Shown here piece by piece: positions 49,774 through 64,000 of a stretch of DNA of 64,000 bases. Every line of letters starts with the position of its first letter. The stretch's first letter is position 1. The stretch lies in assembly GCA_035084275.1 (NCBI GenBank), contig CM068748.1:11904001-11968000 (forward strand), given 5' to 3'. The position numbers and the translations under genes are program-made. This stretch comes from Hydrolagus colliei. Its lineage: Eukaryota. The notes under the pieces were generated by a model. That model did no database searches, was not told the origin of the DNA, and worked only from the letters and a program-made list of their open reading frames with translations.

Positions 49774-52700
49774 ATTGGGTTGAGTGGCAGTGTGTTTCAC
49801 TGCTTTCCATTCACTCCATTGGGAAAAATATAAACACCCAGGACCACTTGTAATTTTAATATAGTAAAATGATTCATTATATACCAATATACAGTACCAA
49901 GGAAACAGCCTCATGGATCTCCCTATCTGGGAGATTTTTCAATGGGACTTTTCATGTATGTCAGTCTCTAGGCTCCACAGAAGAGGAAGAGACACTCAAT
50001 CGAGGATTTTTCTCCAGTGGTACATATCCATCACACCAAGAGGAATACCATACATAAAATATCAAGTACTTCACATTGATGTGATTCTCATTATACTCCT
50101 CAGTTCTGTTCTCCTTTAATACTCAGTACACTAAATGCAGTCAGTTCACTGCCAATCTTCCAGAGAAAATAGCACATTCAAATTCTAATCACATTTGGGG
50201 AAAATGTATGCTTTTGTGAGGTGTTTTTCTGCGTTTGTTTCAAATGAATTTCTAAATGAATGCTAAGTAGCTTGTGTTACAAAGATTTGTTAATTGACCA
50301 ATTTTAGCTGGAGTTTACAGAAATCCAGATCCAAGTATAATTCTGAGCCAAGAATATATAATGTATCTTGGCAAAAAGGTTTGGTATTCATCCCAATTAA
50401 ACAATGCAGTGATTTGTGCAATAATTGGGAGGCTTTTCTTCCCAATCTTGAGATTTTTGCCATGCCGTTTAACAGGTACTCCTTTCTTTGTTTTTCCACT
50501 GTTGGGAAATTGGTTCTACATAAGTAATCCAGATCAGAGGGGAAATGCACACTCAAAATAATTGTTGCCATAATGCCTTATTATGCAGAGTTACACAAAG
50601 ATACATGACTTGATTTGTTCCAGTTTCTCTGCTACTTCTCTGTGCTGAATATTGGATTTCTTCAATCAGTGTAGTTGCAGAGCAGACACGTTACAGTTCA
50701 CTCAATAAAATAAGCGTAGACCCATAGTCGAGCAAATAATCACATACTGAAGTATGCAATTTCCTTCTCCTGACACAACACAAAAGAACTGCATTTATAG
50801 TCCCAAGAAGTAAACCCATAAGAAAAAAAAAATCAAGACACAAATTGACTGGGAAGACATGATCAGTGTTCTAAAGGACATTGAAGGCCACTCAGCATCA
50901 CTGCCAGTAAAGATGCATGATTTGTTTCTTCTCATTATCAGCAAAGGGTTTCAATCCAATACAGTACTGTACTCACATCTTATAATGTTTAACTCAGTCG
51001 TTTTTAAAATATATCCTTGTTTATTTTTGTTCTATAAAGGATAGGAACAGTTGGATACATTAACAAGATTTATTTCCACCTGATGCAGTGTATAAACTTG
51101 CTGTTAACTAATAATAATCTTAAGGATCTTTTAGACATTTTCACACCCCCTCCCCTCTTACATTTATTCTCAATGCACCAAACTGGCTCAGGACAAACAC
51201 TTTTGGTTCAATCACACAGAGCTATCAATCAACTAACTCTAATGTTCCTCAAACTGTAGAACAATTCAACTTTCTGTTTGTTTATTGTTACTTTCTTAGC
51301 TCATTGGCATCTGACTGAGGCATGTTATATTGTTCTAGGTCTACTCTGTTGTATGCATTTTGGAAGTGTATTTAAGTAAGGAGACTGTAAAATATAGGAA
51401 TCGTCAATGGTGTTGTGTAATAATCCCGTGTAATTAAATGTGGCAGTTTTCTGTTAACTTAAAAACTAAAGCTTTGAGTGTAGTTTCCCCCAATTGAGTT
51501 CCATCACAATGGATAGCTTTGGAAATGTACCCACAGCCTCAGGGTTCTGGGCCGAAAGTGTTGGAACAAAATCTCCACACAGATCTGGGAGTTCCAAACC
51601 CCTTCCAGCTTCTGCAAGTTCACTGTTGGTCAGACTTCTCTAAATGAACCAGTTTGGTTCAGGGAATTCAATCTGTATGACAGAATAAGCACAAGTGCTC
51701 ATTTGGCTGGATTCTCTGACAAGAATTGCACGCTCAAATGGTAAATAGAAACCCAAATTCCTTGCGCATCAATATAATTTTTCAAGTATTTCTGTTGTTA
51801 ATTGGGGAATCAAATCTATTGCAAATAACCCCCCCACCAACCCCATGCCCTCCATCCTATCTCCAGAGCAGCTAGCCTGATACACTAGATATGAATGTGA
51901 ACCTATTTTGTTAGTTGCTTTCCCAAGGGATAATGAAGAAGCAGGTTTTAGGCTTCAGGTGGATGGCCACATGCAGTCCCATTCTGTTAACCACACCACC
52001 TGACAAACCCTTTGAGGTGGTAACAATGCTAATGTATGTATTTGTCACTCTTCTCCTACACTCTAACCCCCTTCTCCCTGAGTCTCACTGATGGGCATTT
52101 CAAGTGCGACATTAAGAACGCCTAGAATAGGATTCACATCCTCTCTTGCTGAAGGCTTGAGAAGGGGAGAGGGAGAGGGTGGGGGGGGGGACATTTTAAA
52201 GACGTGGTGTAGAGGTTTTACAGCTTAAAGAGAGAGAGAATAAAATCAAACTAGCGAATAGATAGGACAAGATTAACGAGCAATATGTATCTTCCCCAAA
52301 GCCATCGATTCATTTCCATCCCAGACAGAAGCACGTTTGGTGTTGCTGAACAATTAATAATGTATCTTCTGAAATGCCTCTAATTGTAAATTATTTTACA
52401 ATTTTAAAGGAAGGTATTGCATCTCTTGGCAACCTTAAGGGGATGAAGCTGACTGTCCCTTTGGACTGACTGACTGACTGGCTGGCTGTCTTGTGTTTGT
52501 TCCCTTCACCTGAAATGTCAACTTAGGCTTTTTGTAAGCTCTGGTTTGATGCTTTAATAGCGGGTTCACTGAATCAAGTCTGCAATTTAAAGTCCCATTT
52601 TCACACACCTTTAAATGCATGTGCGTATGAGAGAGAGAGAGAGAGAGAGAGATGTGATGTGTGTGACTTGGCGCAGACTCACACAGTCTCAGACTGAGAT

Positions 52701-52857
52701 TAGAGGGAGGGAGGGAGGGGAGGAGGAGGGGGGAGAGAAGAGAAGAGGGAGGAGGGGGGGGGGGGGGGTGTTTAGAGTTGCTGTAAATAGTGAAGCATCT
52801 CTCATTTGCAAACCCTGACCTGCAAGTGCAGCCGCATCGCTCCAGCCTGAGGGGAGA

Positions 52858-53031
52858 ATGATGAAGCCTCTGAGCCTGTTCCTTGTCCCTCTGTTGATGG
52901 CAGTGGTGATGGCAACGGAAGGTGATCCTGGTAAAGGGGGGAATAACGGCAATTTCCTAGAGGATGAGCAATGGCTGTCCACCGTCTCCCAGTACAGTCA
53001 GCAGATCAAAGACTGGAACCGATTCAGAGAC
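52858..53031 (+). CDS. SPOCK2: SPOCK2 (testican-2) first coding exon; rest of gene apparently beyond window
   Basis: Signal peptide MMKPLSLFLVPLLMAVVMA followed by GNFLEDEQWLSTVSQYSQQIKDWNRFRD (testican N-terminal motif); donor GAC|gtgagt. Paralogue assigned by adjacency to ASCC1. Confidence 0.9.
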
Positions 53032-56000
53032 GTGAGTTCCCTGTGTATACACACACACACAGTACATGTAGTATATGTAATATATATATATTTAGAGATG
53101 CATCTCTTTGTTTTTTCAGTTGAGTCCAAAAAAAGACACCAGAAACTTATTATTTCAGAAGATAACTGATTGCAGAGAATGAGAGAGAGCGAGAGAGACA
53201 CACACACACACACAGAGAGAAACACACAAGAGAGAGACAGAGTTACAAGGAATCTCTGCCTGGAGAATAATGGTTGAATAGATTCAGTTTCATCTCCATA
53301 GCCTTGGATGAAATCGGTGCTGAAAGGTTTGGTGCTGCAATGGCAAACGCGTTGCCCCCAAAAACATTGTGTGTGGGTTTCCTCTCACTCTCTGTGCTGT
53401 GAATTCACCTGCTATCGGTCCTGTTAAATTGCAATAAACGTTATAAAATGCCCCTCTCATGATGGAAGACTTTGGGGGCGTTTTTCTCTCTCTCTCTCTC
53501 TCGCTCTCTCTCCTTTTATTTGTAAAACAAACCCATGTATCATCATTTGGTGATTTTCAATCGATTTTTTGGTTAAAAAAAAAGAAATGTCTAATAGATC
53601 AGGTATGTTCTCTGATCTCACGGGGGGGGGGGGGGGGGGAAACACCCAGCAATGAGTTTGTTGCCACCCAATTCCGATGCTCTGCTCACTTGAAGTTTGC
53701 AGTCAGTCGCATCACCTGAGATTTTGGGGTTGAAAGGTAAAAGGAGAAATGCTAGAATTTCTTTGGATCCATTTGTGTGCTGTGACTTGCTGCAATTTGC
53801 GGGCTGGTGATGATGGTGATGATGGTGGTGATGGTGGCTTCTATTCTGTGAGTTTGCTTCTGCAGAGAGTCCTGAGGGAATCACCGCACAAACACATCAT
53901 TGTCTCTTTTCTCCCAGTCCCCAGGCAGCAGCTTCATGTCAGGAATCAGTCTCACTGTCCCACCCTCGAAGGGCAACGGTGGAGACCAAACTCAGTTACC
54001 AGAGTTCAGCCTTTCTCTGTTACCCACTTGTCCCCTGCACTTCACCACCTCCCACCCCCCACAACACTCACACACAGAAACAGCCGAAGGCTTAATTGTG
54101 ATCAGGTAACGCTGACAGGTTTCTTAAACTTTGTTTATCCTGTAAGCATTGATTAATTTTAATAAGTGGGGAGCTTATGATTTTCAAATTTCCCGAGCCA
54201 GAAGTGAATGATGTAGGTCATCTGCATAGCTGGCTATTAAATAGTTTTCATGATATTTTACCAGCCTGGAAAGGTGGCTGTTTCTTGCCTGGTAATTAAA
54301 AATAAATAAACCGGGATGTGGACCTCTCTCAGGAGCCTTTACATCTTGGAATATGTAGGGACAGAGCTCTCCTAAGAGTTGCTCTGTTGGCTGCAGGGAA
54401 AAGCCATGATTCTGCAGATATGGCACCTCTTGCCCTGAGTGTGTTTAGGGTGCAGTTTATGCAGAACCACACTCAGGCTGTACTTTAACACTGCAGAGAT
54501 GCCCTCAGTAATATGACTGCCATCATCACAGTGCCGGTGATGTCATTGGGTATGCAACATTGCCCAACATTGTTCTTTGGTGACAATACCCTTTCCTGTC
54601 TTAACCAACTCATCCTTACGCTACAGCCATACATAGGGGACTTATAGGTGAACATATAGATTTTCATCTGTGTGTTTCGACAGGATTATCACTGATTTTC
54701 CAGGAATTTTACAATTCAGGACCATAGCAGCAACAGGACCATAGAAACAGCTGAAGGCCAATCAGACCATTGAGCTTACTCTCTATTTTAATAGCTCTTG
54801 AGCTCTTTATCTTTTTAATCCCATTTATGCGTCTTTTCTCCATATCCCTTAATACCATTACTTCCAAAGTGCATGTCTATCTCCCCTTCAAACACCCATT
54901 GTTTATTCTGCATCTATGACTCTGGAGCAAGATGTTTCATGTTCCCACAACCCTATGTGAAGAAATGTTTTCCAGATTAATATTAACCTACAGACTTGAC
55001 TTTATTTATCTACATTTTGTTTTAAGATCATTCCCAAAGATTATATAAATTGGTCATTTCAATCCATGACTGTTTGTGTGACACTTCTGTGCACAATTGG
55101 CTGCCACATTTTGCCCAGAAATATACCAGTCAATTCACTTTACAGCATATTCTGTGAAGCGTATTGAAACGTCTAGAAGACGTGAAAAGTGCTACAGTGT
55201 TATCAAATGCAAGAATTGTATTTACTAAAGAGAGACTTGCGGATATTTTTATATAGAGGACCATGAGGATATAAAATGGTTCAAGCAGAACCCATATTAG
55301 CTTCTAAAAGAGAATTAGAGAAATATTTGAAAAGGAGCATTTTCAGTAGATGTAGGGAAAGCCTTGGGATGTCCTCCCAGTGTAAAAGGCAATATACAAA
55401 TGTTATTTGTTGCTAATAGTGAAGACGCTAACACAAAGGTCAGATGTTTGCAGTTAACTTTAGCTTTCAACAATGTTAATAAGATCGGAACTCATCAACA
55501 ATCCGTCTCTATTCTTGGGTGGAACTGGGATTTCAGGAATTGTAGATTGGGAGGGAATCATGACTATGTGAGTCATGGCATGGTGCATCTGCATGAACCT
55601 CTGTATGAACTCCTACCTACCATACCTTGAAGTAAGTGATGCATAAGTGAGAGGGTAAGCAGGTGATGTCCTCATCTATTAATAGGGCATTTGGAGTTGT
55701 GTGAGTTCAGTATCCCTCATGGGGTAATCCCTAGACTCCACTCAAGCCACTCAACAGCATTGAGGAATTATCCTACAGGGTTTCAGCGTTCATGTTTTTA
55801 TTTATCTGTAGGAAGGCAGTTATTATATTGGGTTGCCTCTTGTCTTCTCATTCTGTCTTCTAGTTGTAATCTGAGGCGTCCACCCTGTAAGTAGCACTAA
55901 TGATTGGTTTAGAGATTTACTCTCCTTCAAACTTACCCTCTCTCTCTGTTTGGAAGTGATTTGGCCCATCATGGATCACTTCCATAAGTCAAAGTTCAAT

Positions 56001-56479
56001 TTGGCAATTCAGACCGAGAGAACCAAGAATATTATCCCATGACCCAGTGTCCTTTCATGTCAGCAGATGTATTTGGCAATGTCATCATCGCCACCAAAAA
56101 TACTTTTTATGACAATGTGCCTTAGTATTAGTATTTTAATAAATCCAAACAGAAGTGTTTTTTGTGCGGTTGCCGAGTTGGAACTGAGCCACGATGCAGT
56201 TGGGGTTGCAGTTTCCGTTGCCTAACCTATTACCCCGGTAACTGGTTGCATAGATGTACCCTGGGGTCCAATGTTGTGGCACCTATACTCCAATCAACAG
56301 AGAAGCTGCTGTCCCCAGGCAATATGCTACTCCATTTATTTATTTTTTTATTTTAAAAAACACCTGGAGTCAATAAAGGAGGAGGGAAATAAAGCAAAAA
56401 AGGGAAAAGGTTCTGAATACGGATGAAAAATTGAATTAAATAGGTTTCCAAATGGACTTACACCCTACATGTGGAGTTC

Positions 56480-56760
56480 TGTACAAGCAAGAGACTTGGG
56501 TTCAATTGCAGGCAGAGCGAAACCTTGGGCAAGTTTCCTTACTCAACACGCCTAATAATCATCCCTCAAAACAATTCCATAATAAATTGGTCATTTCAAT
56601 CCACAACTGTTTGTGAAACATTCTTGTGTGCAATTGGCTATTTTGTTTCGCCCACATGTTTACAGTCAATTCACTTTACAGTATATGTAAGCTCTTTGAG
56701 ATGGCTAGGAGATGTGAAAAGCGCGATATCAAATGCAAGGATTATTATTATTTGTTATTA
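56480..56760 (+). mobile_element. SINE, same family
   Basis: B box, body and tail match 15213-15545. Confidence 0.85.
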
Positions 56761-58114
56761 CATGAGTGCTGTTTGGAGACTGACAGTCAAAGTTCTCTGC
56801 TAAATGATCTTGATTGATTATTTCCCTCAAGCTTCCTCAATGCTGATTCACCTTTTCGTTTTGTTGAGCATCTTGGGATCTCTCCTGTCTTCGGCTCCAT
56901 CACAGAATAGCAGCAATATGAATGTGGAGGTATTGCTTTTGATTTGGGGTTCTCTTCCCTGCAGATCTCTCTTTTCACTCAAGTATATGTTCCCTGATCT
57001 TTGCCACATTGATATACTAATATATACTGTTTTTATTTGCAATTAGTGGCTATTAGATCTGAACAAACAATTTGAATCTTGGAACAAGCTTGTCCTGATT
57101 TTTAAATCTTTTTACATTGGGCTGAAAAACTAATAAGTAACTAGTTATACACAGGATTTTTATCGTTGGAATGAGGGGGTGAGGGAGAGAGAAAGCATCT
57201 TCATGAAATACAGTTCCACAGTTAACTGAAGTGGATCCTGATCTCAGGCAAGCCATAGAAGGGGTGTGCTCTTGAGAACATCTCCAACCTCCATTGGATT
57301 AAGAGCAATATTAGCAGATGCCTAGTTGCAACCTTCTGTTTTACCCTCCCAGCCCACAGGGATCCTTAGTGGAGGCTAGTGAAAAAAATATTTACAACCC
57401 CCCCTTCTGTAGTTAACATAATTTAATGATAAAATAACATAACATAATACAGAATTTGAGATTTTTCATGCCTTGGTACTTCTCCTATCTTTGAAATATG
57501 TTCATGCTTTTGCAGAAGAACTTGACTGAGACAAATGTTGTCCTGAGTGAGCTGTACATGCTCCTCAAAGTCAATGTATTCATGTTGCACTGAATCTGGC
57601 AGTCCGCTTGTGTAATAATATCTACTGTTGAGTCAGACTCTTGTGACCTTAGTTCAGAATACAGCAGAAGGATTTCACACAATAGCTAATTGCATTTGGT
57701 GAACTACATTAGTGCTTAAACCTAACTGTATGTAATGTTGCTGCAGGAAATTTAATTAAATGGACTTTTGCCTGCATAAATTTTCAATTTTCGTCACCAG
57801 TGAGCCAAGTCGCTTCAAAGATCCTATGTTATTCAGTAGGGAGGGAATGTGAACACACAGTTGTTCAATATATGAAAACAGCCCAGTGCCATAATTTGGT
57901 TTATCATTTGAGTTTCTCTTGGCCATACAATGACACAGTAAATCATATGGAAAGACAACAACACTGAACACTCGAGCAGTAGCAGTATTATTTCTTTGGA
58001 AAAACAGATTTGCTTATGTTCACCCTGCCCAAAGTCATTGGATATGCACATGAAGCAAATTTGCACTTGTGCACCTGTTAATCTTTGTATCTGTTACACA
58101 TGTTGGAGTGTCAA

Positions 58115-58375
58115 CCTGGCTCAGTTGGTAACATTCTCACCTCTGAGTTTGGAGGTTGTGAGTTCAAGCTCTATTTGAGGACTTTGAACTCCAGACAGTT
58201 TAGGCTGACACTCCAGTGCAGTACTGAGGGAGTGTTGTTCTATCGGAAGCGTTGTCCTTCGGATAAAATGTTAAATGTTTCCCTACAAATAGTCACTACT
58301 CTTTAGAGTAATTCTTGTGATGTATTGATAATGTGATAAGGACCTATATCAGATGTAAGCATTATTATTACTTTT
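58115..58375 (+). mobile_element. Older Deu-domain SINE (SacSINE1/AmnSINE1-like); related pieces at ~41240-41420 and ~13720-13910
   Basis: tRNA head TGGCTCAGTTGGTA and core GGCTGACACTCCAGTGCAGTACTGAGGGAGTG. Confidence 0.65.
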
Positions 58376-59336
58376 ATTATTAAGTAAGTGTTTAAGGTTC
58401 ACAGAAAGAGTTAACCCCAGGTAGGGAGATAGTGAATTGAATGATCTGTTGGTACGAACAAGAATGGAATAGATTTCTGGTTGTCAATCTTCAGACAAGT
58501 ATGCCCATGCATGCACATGTTTTTGAACAGGTGCTAGAAAAATACCTGACCCCGAGGCAGTACTGCTTTCAAATAGTGCTGACTTGTGTTTCAAATAAAA
58601 TAAGTCACAAATTGAAATCAGATTTTGATGGCAGAAAGAGAGAGTAGAAATGAAAATTTGGGTCATCGAACAATGTGGGGTGTATTCTATAGAGGCCAGT
58701 GCAAGATAACTCTCTTTCAGGCTGGAGAGTTTTATCTGGGAACAAATTTATTGCTGAGGGGAACCCAAAAATAGCTTTTTTTTCAATCGTGGAAGAGAGG
58801 CAGAATTTAAATTCAAATTTCAAATAGAGATATTCTGAATGATTTACACCACCACAGCCAGGGTTCTTTATTTGACAAGCAGTTATGATAAGTACATAGG
58901 CGCTCCCTTCTCCCCTACCTAGTAGGCTTCATCCTTCCATCCTGTCACAGAAACACTGTGGCATGACTCATCAGCTCATCCTGACAGTACAAGATAATAC
59001 AAGATTGGGCATTGCAGGCAGTGTAGCTGAATGAGTTAAGCCAGTAGCATCCTTTGTGATCGCACTAAACCGATAACATTTGCTATGGCTACCTACAGTA
59101 TTTGTTTATTCTAGAGTTAGGATTGAAAAGAGGGCTAGGGTTGGATAATATGCCAAACACGTGAGGTACATAGAAATTAAAATCTCATCTGTTCAGTTTG
59201 TATCTGAACATTACTAATTTATTTTCTATACATATTTTCCTGGGAATAAAACACTGGCAGCAGTGCTGCAAAGCAACCAGGCATAGGGTACTGCTGCATA
59301 TCACAGAGTATTGTGTTACTCTGTTCCTTAAGGGAC

Positions 59337-60160
59337 CTGGAAATACGGCTGAGCAGGATAGTTTGTGAATACTGGACATTGCTGGATCCCGCTTACAGAC
59401 ATGCCATCAGAAAATTGCTCTTTGTATCACAAAATGTTCTGAAGAGATCTTGTTCGAGCATTAGCTGTGTCAGTGAGCAATTTATTTACCAAGTTTTTCA
59501 CATCACAGTGAATGTTTTGACACCAATATCTTTGCTCATTATCAAGCCCGGGGACTTTGAATGTCATGTGATTGTGCGGCATCTGAATGTACATTCAGAT
59601 ATCTCAGAAAAAAATAACTCGATACAATGAAAAGTGATGAGAGTTAGGAAATATTCTTGTGCTCACAATACAATTTTTTTAATTTTTTTTTATGGTGACT
59701 TGCACTTCGGGCAGACATCCCAATGCACTTAACAGTCCTGGCTTGGCACCTGAGCTGGTGGTGTGTCCTGAAGCAGTGGAACCTGAGGTGGTGCAGTGAG
59801 GAAAGATGACCAAAAGCACAGTCAGAAAGAGCTAGATCTGGTCTCTACTGGTCTCAGAAAAACCCAGCTACAGGAGTACACACGGAGAGATTGAGATGAT
59901 GAACTGGGGAGTGTTGGATTGGAAATATGTAAGAACAATGCTGAAATGAGAAGAGTGTTGGATGAGTGTCTGGAAATAAAGCTGAGCTGGATACTGTAGT
60001 TTGTGAATACTGTACATTGCTGGATCCCTCTCACTGACATAACATCAGAAAAATGCTCTTTGTATGACAAAGTGTTCTGAAGAAATGCAGTTTGAACATG
60101 ATCTCTTCAGGACATTTTGTCATACAAAGAGCAATTTTCTGATGCCATGTCTATAGCGGA
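59337..60160. repeat. Locally triplicated unit: two direct copies and one inverted copy
   Basis: Direct copies at 59337-59460 and 59970-60083; inverted copy at 60091-60160. Confidence 0.85.
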
Positions 60161-60569
60161 GTACATTGTGTGGTGTGTGTGTACAGTAGTGTGAAAAGGA
60201 TAGCAATGGATATGTACAGGGAGGGTTTCAGAAGAAATAATAAGAGCATAGAAAGTCCTGTGGGAGGGTTTAGAATGTGTACAAAGGAATAAATGCTGAG
60301 ATATGTATTTCTATTTTTCTGACTCAGATGATTGATTGGTCAGTTCTAAGCCAGGCCTGTTAGGTACAACATCTGATAGAAAGGAAACACAGAAATGTCC
60401 CCCACCTCCAACCCTTAAAGTTAGTGAATCATGTTTCTGTCAATGCTGGCATCTCTCCAGTTCCTACCCAAGTGGCTATTCTTTACTTGTGAGGCTAGTC
60501 AGACTAGTATTTGGCAGGCTATTCAACTGTGGAGAGCATCACAGCCAAAGCCAGGTCTCGCTCAATATT

Positions 60570-60607
<38 letters not shown>

Positions 60608-62479
60608 TCCCGCTATGATTTCTAGAACGAAGTAAGGAATGGAAAATGTAAAGTACAGTAGTTGTTTAAAATGCCTGCTAACTTGAAACCAGATTTTTTT
60701 TTCTGTGGAAAAGGTATGGATTGTCAGATAACAAACTTTGATCTTGCCTATCACAGTCCCATGTTTCTGTTTATCCCTTAAACGTCCTTTCCAGTGCAAT
60801 TATTAATTTTAAATATTTCTATTTAAAACAAACAGTACAGATTGTTAGGTACTAAATATATGACTAAAACCCGTGCTGTTTAATCTACTAATAGTTCAAT
60901 GTTTCATTGTTTCTGATTTCATAAGCATTTCAGTGTTAATGGGGCAAATCTTGTTGTGACCATCATGAGAAAGGCTATGCGTCATTGCATTTCTCAACCC
61001 GGAGGGGAACTCGAGTTACTGTTTTGAACACAAAATAATTGCTGGTGTTTTAATTTAAGATTAATTTTCTTCATTTCAGAAGTGCTATTTGAGGAGTATT
61101 TCCATTCATGCTTCCACACTGCACCTCATGTCATGCTGCCACACCCCAGTTAGATGCCTGTGGATACCCTTGCGTAACCTCAAAAGAATTCCATTAAAAA
61201 CCGATAATTAAAATGATGCAGCTGACATTTATTGTATTTATTCTTATTATTATTATTAATGTTTGATATGATATACTTGGGTTGTTTCCTTTTAACTGGT
61301 TGAATCTTATTTTCATCCCATATACTGTTCATTGGATTTAATAGCTTTGGTTAGAATAAGTACAGTATTGAAAAATGTATAAGTAGAATTAACACTTTTC
61401 TGCTTCTGGTGTTTTTGCTTCCTCTTAAGAGATGTGATGTGTGACGGGAAGTCTGTAGTCATTGCGATGTGTCCCAAATGGAATTTCCTCAGCTTGCAAG
61501 GTCATCTCTTGTGAGCTGGAAAAATCCCATCTGCATAGCAACAACCTGGAAGCTGGAAATACTCAACCTGGGGGAAATGGCACAGAGGATCTGAACAGTG
61601 GGAGTTTAGTTTGAACCCTAGCTTGACTGGTTTGGTTCAGCTCTTATTTAGTGGTTTCAACAGTAAAACTCTAAAAATATATATATTACTTGCATTGCAG
61701 GTACTCACAGTCTTGTTCTATTCTGATTTTATGTTTGCTCAACCTTTCTGGTTCCTCCTAACCAATGCTTGAGAGAACAAGAGAGTCACAATTTTCAATA
61801 ATTGCCCATGCATCTCTCCATCTGATTGCTGAGATGGATTGCATTGGATATGGCTTGGATTTCATCAGCTACTGATTTTCTCTCACTGCCTTTGAGGGAA
61901 GATGCCTGGCCTCTGCTGTTGAGGAAACAAGCCATCTCCTTCTTCATTCTAGTGTCCTCTCCAGTCAATTGGTGTGCAGTACATTTGCAAAGCACAACAG
62001 CATCTCTCTCATAGTTCAGCTGCTTTGTAGCTACCAGGCAGATGCACGCACTCACAGATCTTCCAATTGGGAAATGTAATCAAACTCACACACATCACAG
62101 CAGCAGTCGCAGCGAACACAAGCATTATTATGTCACACTAATTTTATTGCAAGACGCTTGGTTCAAATGTTTCCCCAAGGAAAACAAAATTGTGTTAAAG
62201 CACTGTTAAATGTATGATTCTTAAATGAGGTGTCATTGCAGATTCCCTTGTTGAATTTTCAAGAGTCCAAAATTGGATTGAAGCAGTCTTTAAGTGGAGA
62301 AAAAAACATTGCAACTGAGTTAATATCCCAGCCACTGATAAATAAGTTTAATGTACAATGCCAAACATGTCCTTTACATATGTGGGCCTAAGAGAAACCT
62401 AACACTGGTTGCAAGCCAACACCCCCGCCCCCACATATTTTTCGTAATACCAAAATAAAAAGCTCTCTGTTGAGGACTT

Positions 62480-62830
62480 TAGAAGGCTATTAAAAAAAAT
62501 GTATGAGTGAAGGAGAACAGGTATTAGCAATAGTAATAAGAGAATATTGACTACTAGAGAAGTGGGATGAATCTTGGCAGGAATAGATAGGGGAAGTTTT
62601 GAAAAATAATGCGAAGATGAGAAAATATCAATAGAAATAGAGAAGATGAAGAATAATGCGAAAGTATCAAATAAGTTGTTGGTAGATTTTTGGAAGAGAT
62701 AATGGTGGAACTGTTCCTGTATTCTACCTAAAGGAGTACCAGTAAAGATTTTTGGAAGAAGTAATAAAAAATACGAATTAACACAAGCAGAGCAAGGGGC
62801 AAATTTGGAAAGAAAACCAAATGACTGTAC
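62480..62830 (+). mobile_element. Possible decayed L1/Tx1 ORF2 C-terminal (Cys-rich) fragment
   Basis: Purine-rich sense strand; frameshifted SNKCW...WWNC....FW-like motif remnants. Confidence 0.4.
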
Positions 62831-63314
62831 ATTGTTCTGTGAAGAATATTGAGTGAATTTAATTAAAAATGTAATAAGAAGAAAGAATTAGCATTTCAGT
62901 AGCGCCTTATCATACCAGACAGCTCAAAACACTTCAAAGGAAATCACTGTCAAGTGCTCTGTTTTTGTAGGAAAGCACAGCAGCTATTTGTTCGTACAAG
63001 GTCTCAAAACAGCCATGAGGTGAAATTAGAGGATTGTTGCTAAGGAGAACCTGACTTTTTAAATATTGTCATGGGATCTTGACAGATGCCTGAAAAACAG
63101 ATAGAAAGGAACTGTCCAGAAAGGTGGCCTGTCTGACAATAGACAACTCACCCATTATTGTGCTGGGGTGGATTTCTAGGCTATAAGCTAGAATCTCAAC
63201 CTTATGTCCCAGTGGTGAGAATGCTGTCAGAATAACAAGGAACATGTTTGTAGGATAAGTGGAGATTCTACTGGAATTAATTATTAAAGGAGTAATGGGA
63301 GTTTCATAAGGAGA

Positions 63315-63625
63315 ACAACAACAAAATTACACTTGTACAGCGTCTTTCACGTCAGGAGGGCATCCCAAGGCACTGAACAGTCATTGTTTCAGGCGCGAGC
63401 TGGGGTTGGGGACAGGGAGGGTGGAGGGAAAAGGGGGTTTTGGGGTGATCGATGGGACTGTCAAAGAGGAGGGTTTTGAGGCGGGACTTGAAGGAGGTCA
63501 GGGAAGTGGGCACGGCAGAGAATCTGTGGGATGGAGTTCCAGAGGTTGGAGGCAGACTGGCTGAAGGCTCGCCCACCAATGGTGAGGTGGGAGGGTCGGG
63601 GAACGTGGAGCAGGCCGGAGCCTGC
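63315..63625 (-). mobile_element. L2-clade LINE 3' end
   Basis: Antisense SLTSFKSRLKTLLFD; (CAA)n tail. Confidence 0.8.
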
Positions 63626-63780
63626 TAACACTAAAATGAATGCAAAAGTTGACTAATGGACAAAGATGTAAGCAGTAATTCAAACTAGATTAGGAAAGAA
63701 TGCAAGAACTCTTGTAATGGGAAGATTATTCTGAGGAATAATTGGAAATATCTTTGATGGTGTGAAAAGCTGATTATGAA

Positions 63781-63972
63781 GCTGAACAAGATAGCTTACA
63801 GGAGGATTTGGACATACTTGGGAATTGGGCAGATCGATGGCAGATGAAATTCAATGCGGAGAAATGTAAAATACTTCATATGGGACCAAAAAATCCTGGA
63901 AGGGACTATTATTTGTACAGAAGGAAAATGATATGTTTGGAAAATAAAAAGTGCTTGGGGGTGCTGATTGAC
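63781..63972 (+). mobile_element. CR1 reverse transcriptase fragment
   Basis: Open frame LQEDLDILGNWADRWQMKFNAEKCKILHMG...CLGVLID, cut by an antisense L2 tail at the window end. Confidence 0.9.
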
Positions 63973-64000
63973 AACAACAACAAAATTACATTTGTAGAGC

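Noticed and set aside
53618-53884. Poly-His ORF
   Set aside because: (GAT/GGT)n microsatellite in SPOCK2 intron 1 with no splice support.
53032-64000. SPOCK2 downstream exons (EVE microexon, DDY... exon)
   Set aside because: No convincing match found by eye; they probably lie beyond the window, though a 9-nt exon could be missed.

Overview
Vertebrate nuclear DNA, most likely from a cartilaginous fish (chimaera or shark; inferred from the repeat families, not verified). It holds the conserved MICU1-DNAJB12-ANAPC16-ASCC1-SPOCK2 block. I reconstructed by hand the last coding exon of MICU1 (+), all 8 coding exons of DNAJB12 (+, 375 aa), all 3 of ANAPC16 (-, 112 aa), all 9 of ASCC1 (+, 354 aa) and the first coding exon of SPOCK2 (+). 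All have GT-AG introns and consistent phases. Introns and intergenic DNA carry tRNA-derived SINEs, L2/CR1 LINE fragments, Tigger-like MITEs and Penelope-type elements with hammerhead-ribozyme cores, plus one 200-N gap. Main points for follow-up: (1) exon-like units of an unrecognised, possibly decaying gene between MICU1 and DNAJB12; (2) DDIT4, which lies between DNAJB12 and ANAPC16 in human, is absent; (3) a MITE contains a 37-bp copy of an ASCC1 exon/donor junction; (4) a hammerhead core sits at the apex of a 79-bp foldback; (5) an AG-G-GTAAG dual splice site lies in the last ASCC1 intron; (6) a triplicated hairpin unit lies in SPOCK2 intron 1. Repeat boundaries are approximate and no database search was run.
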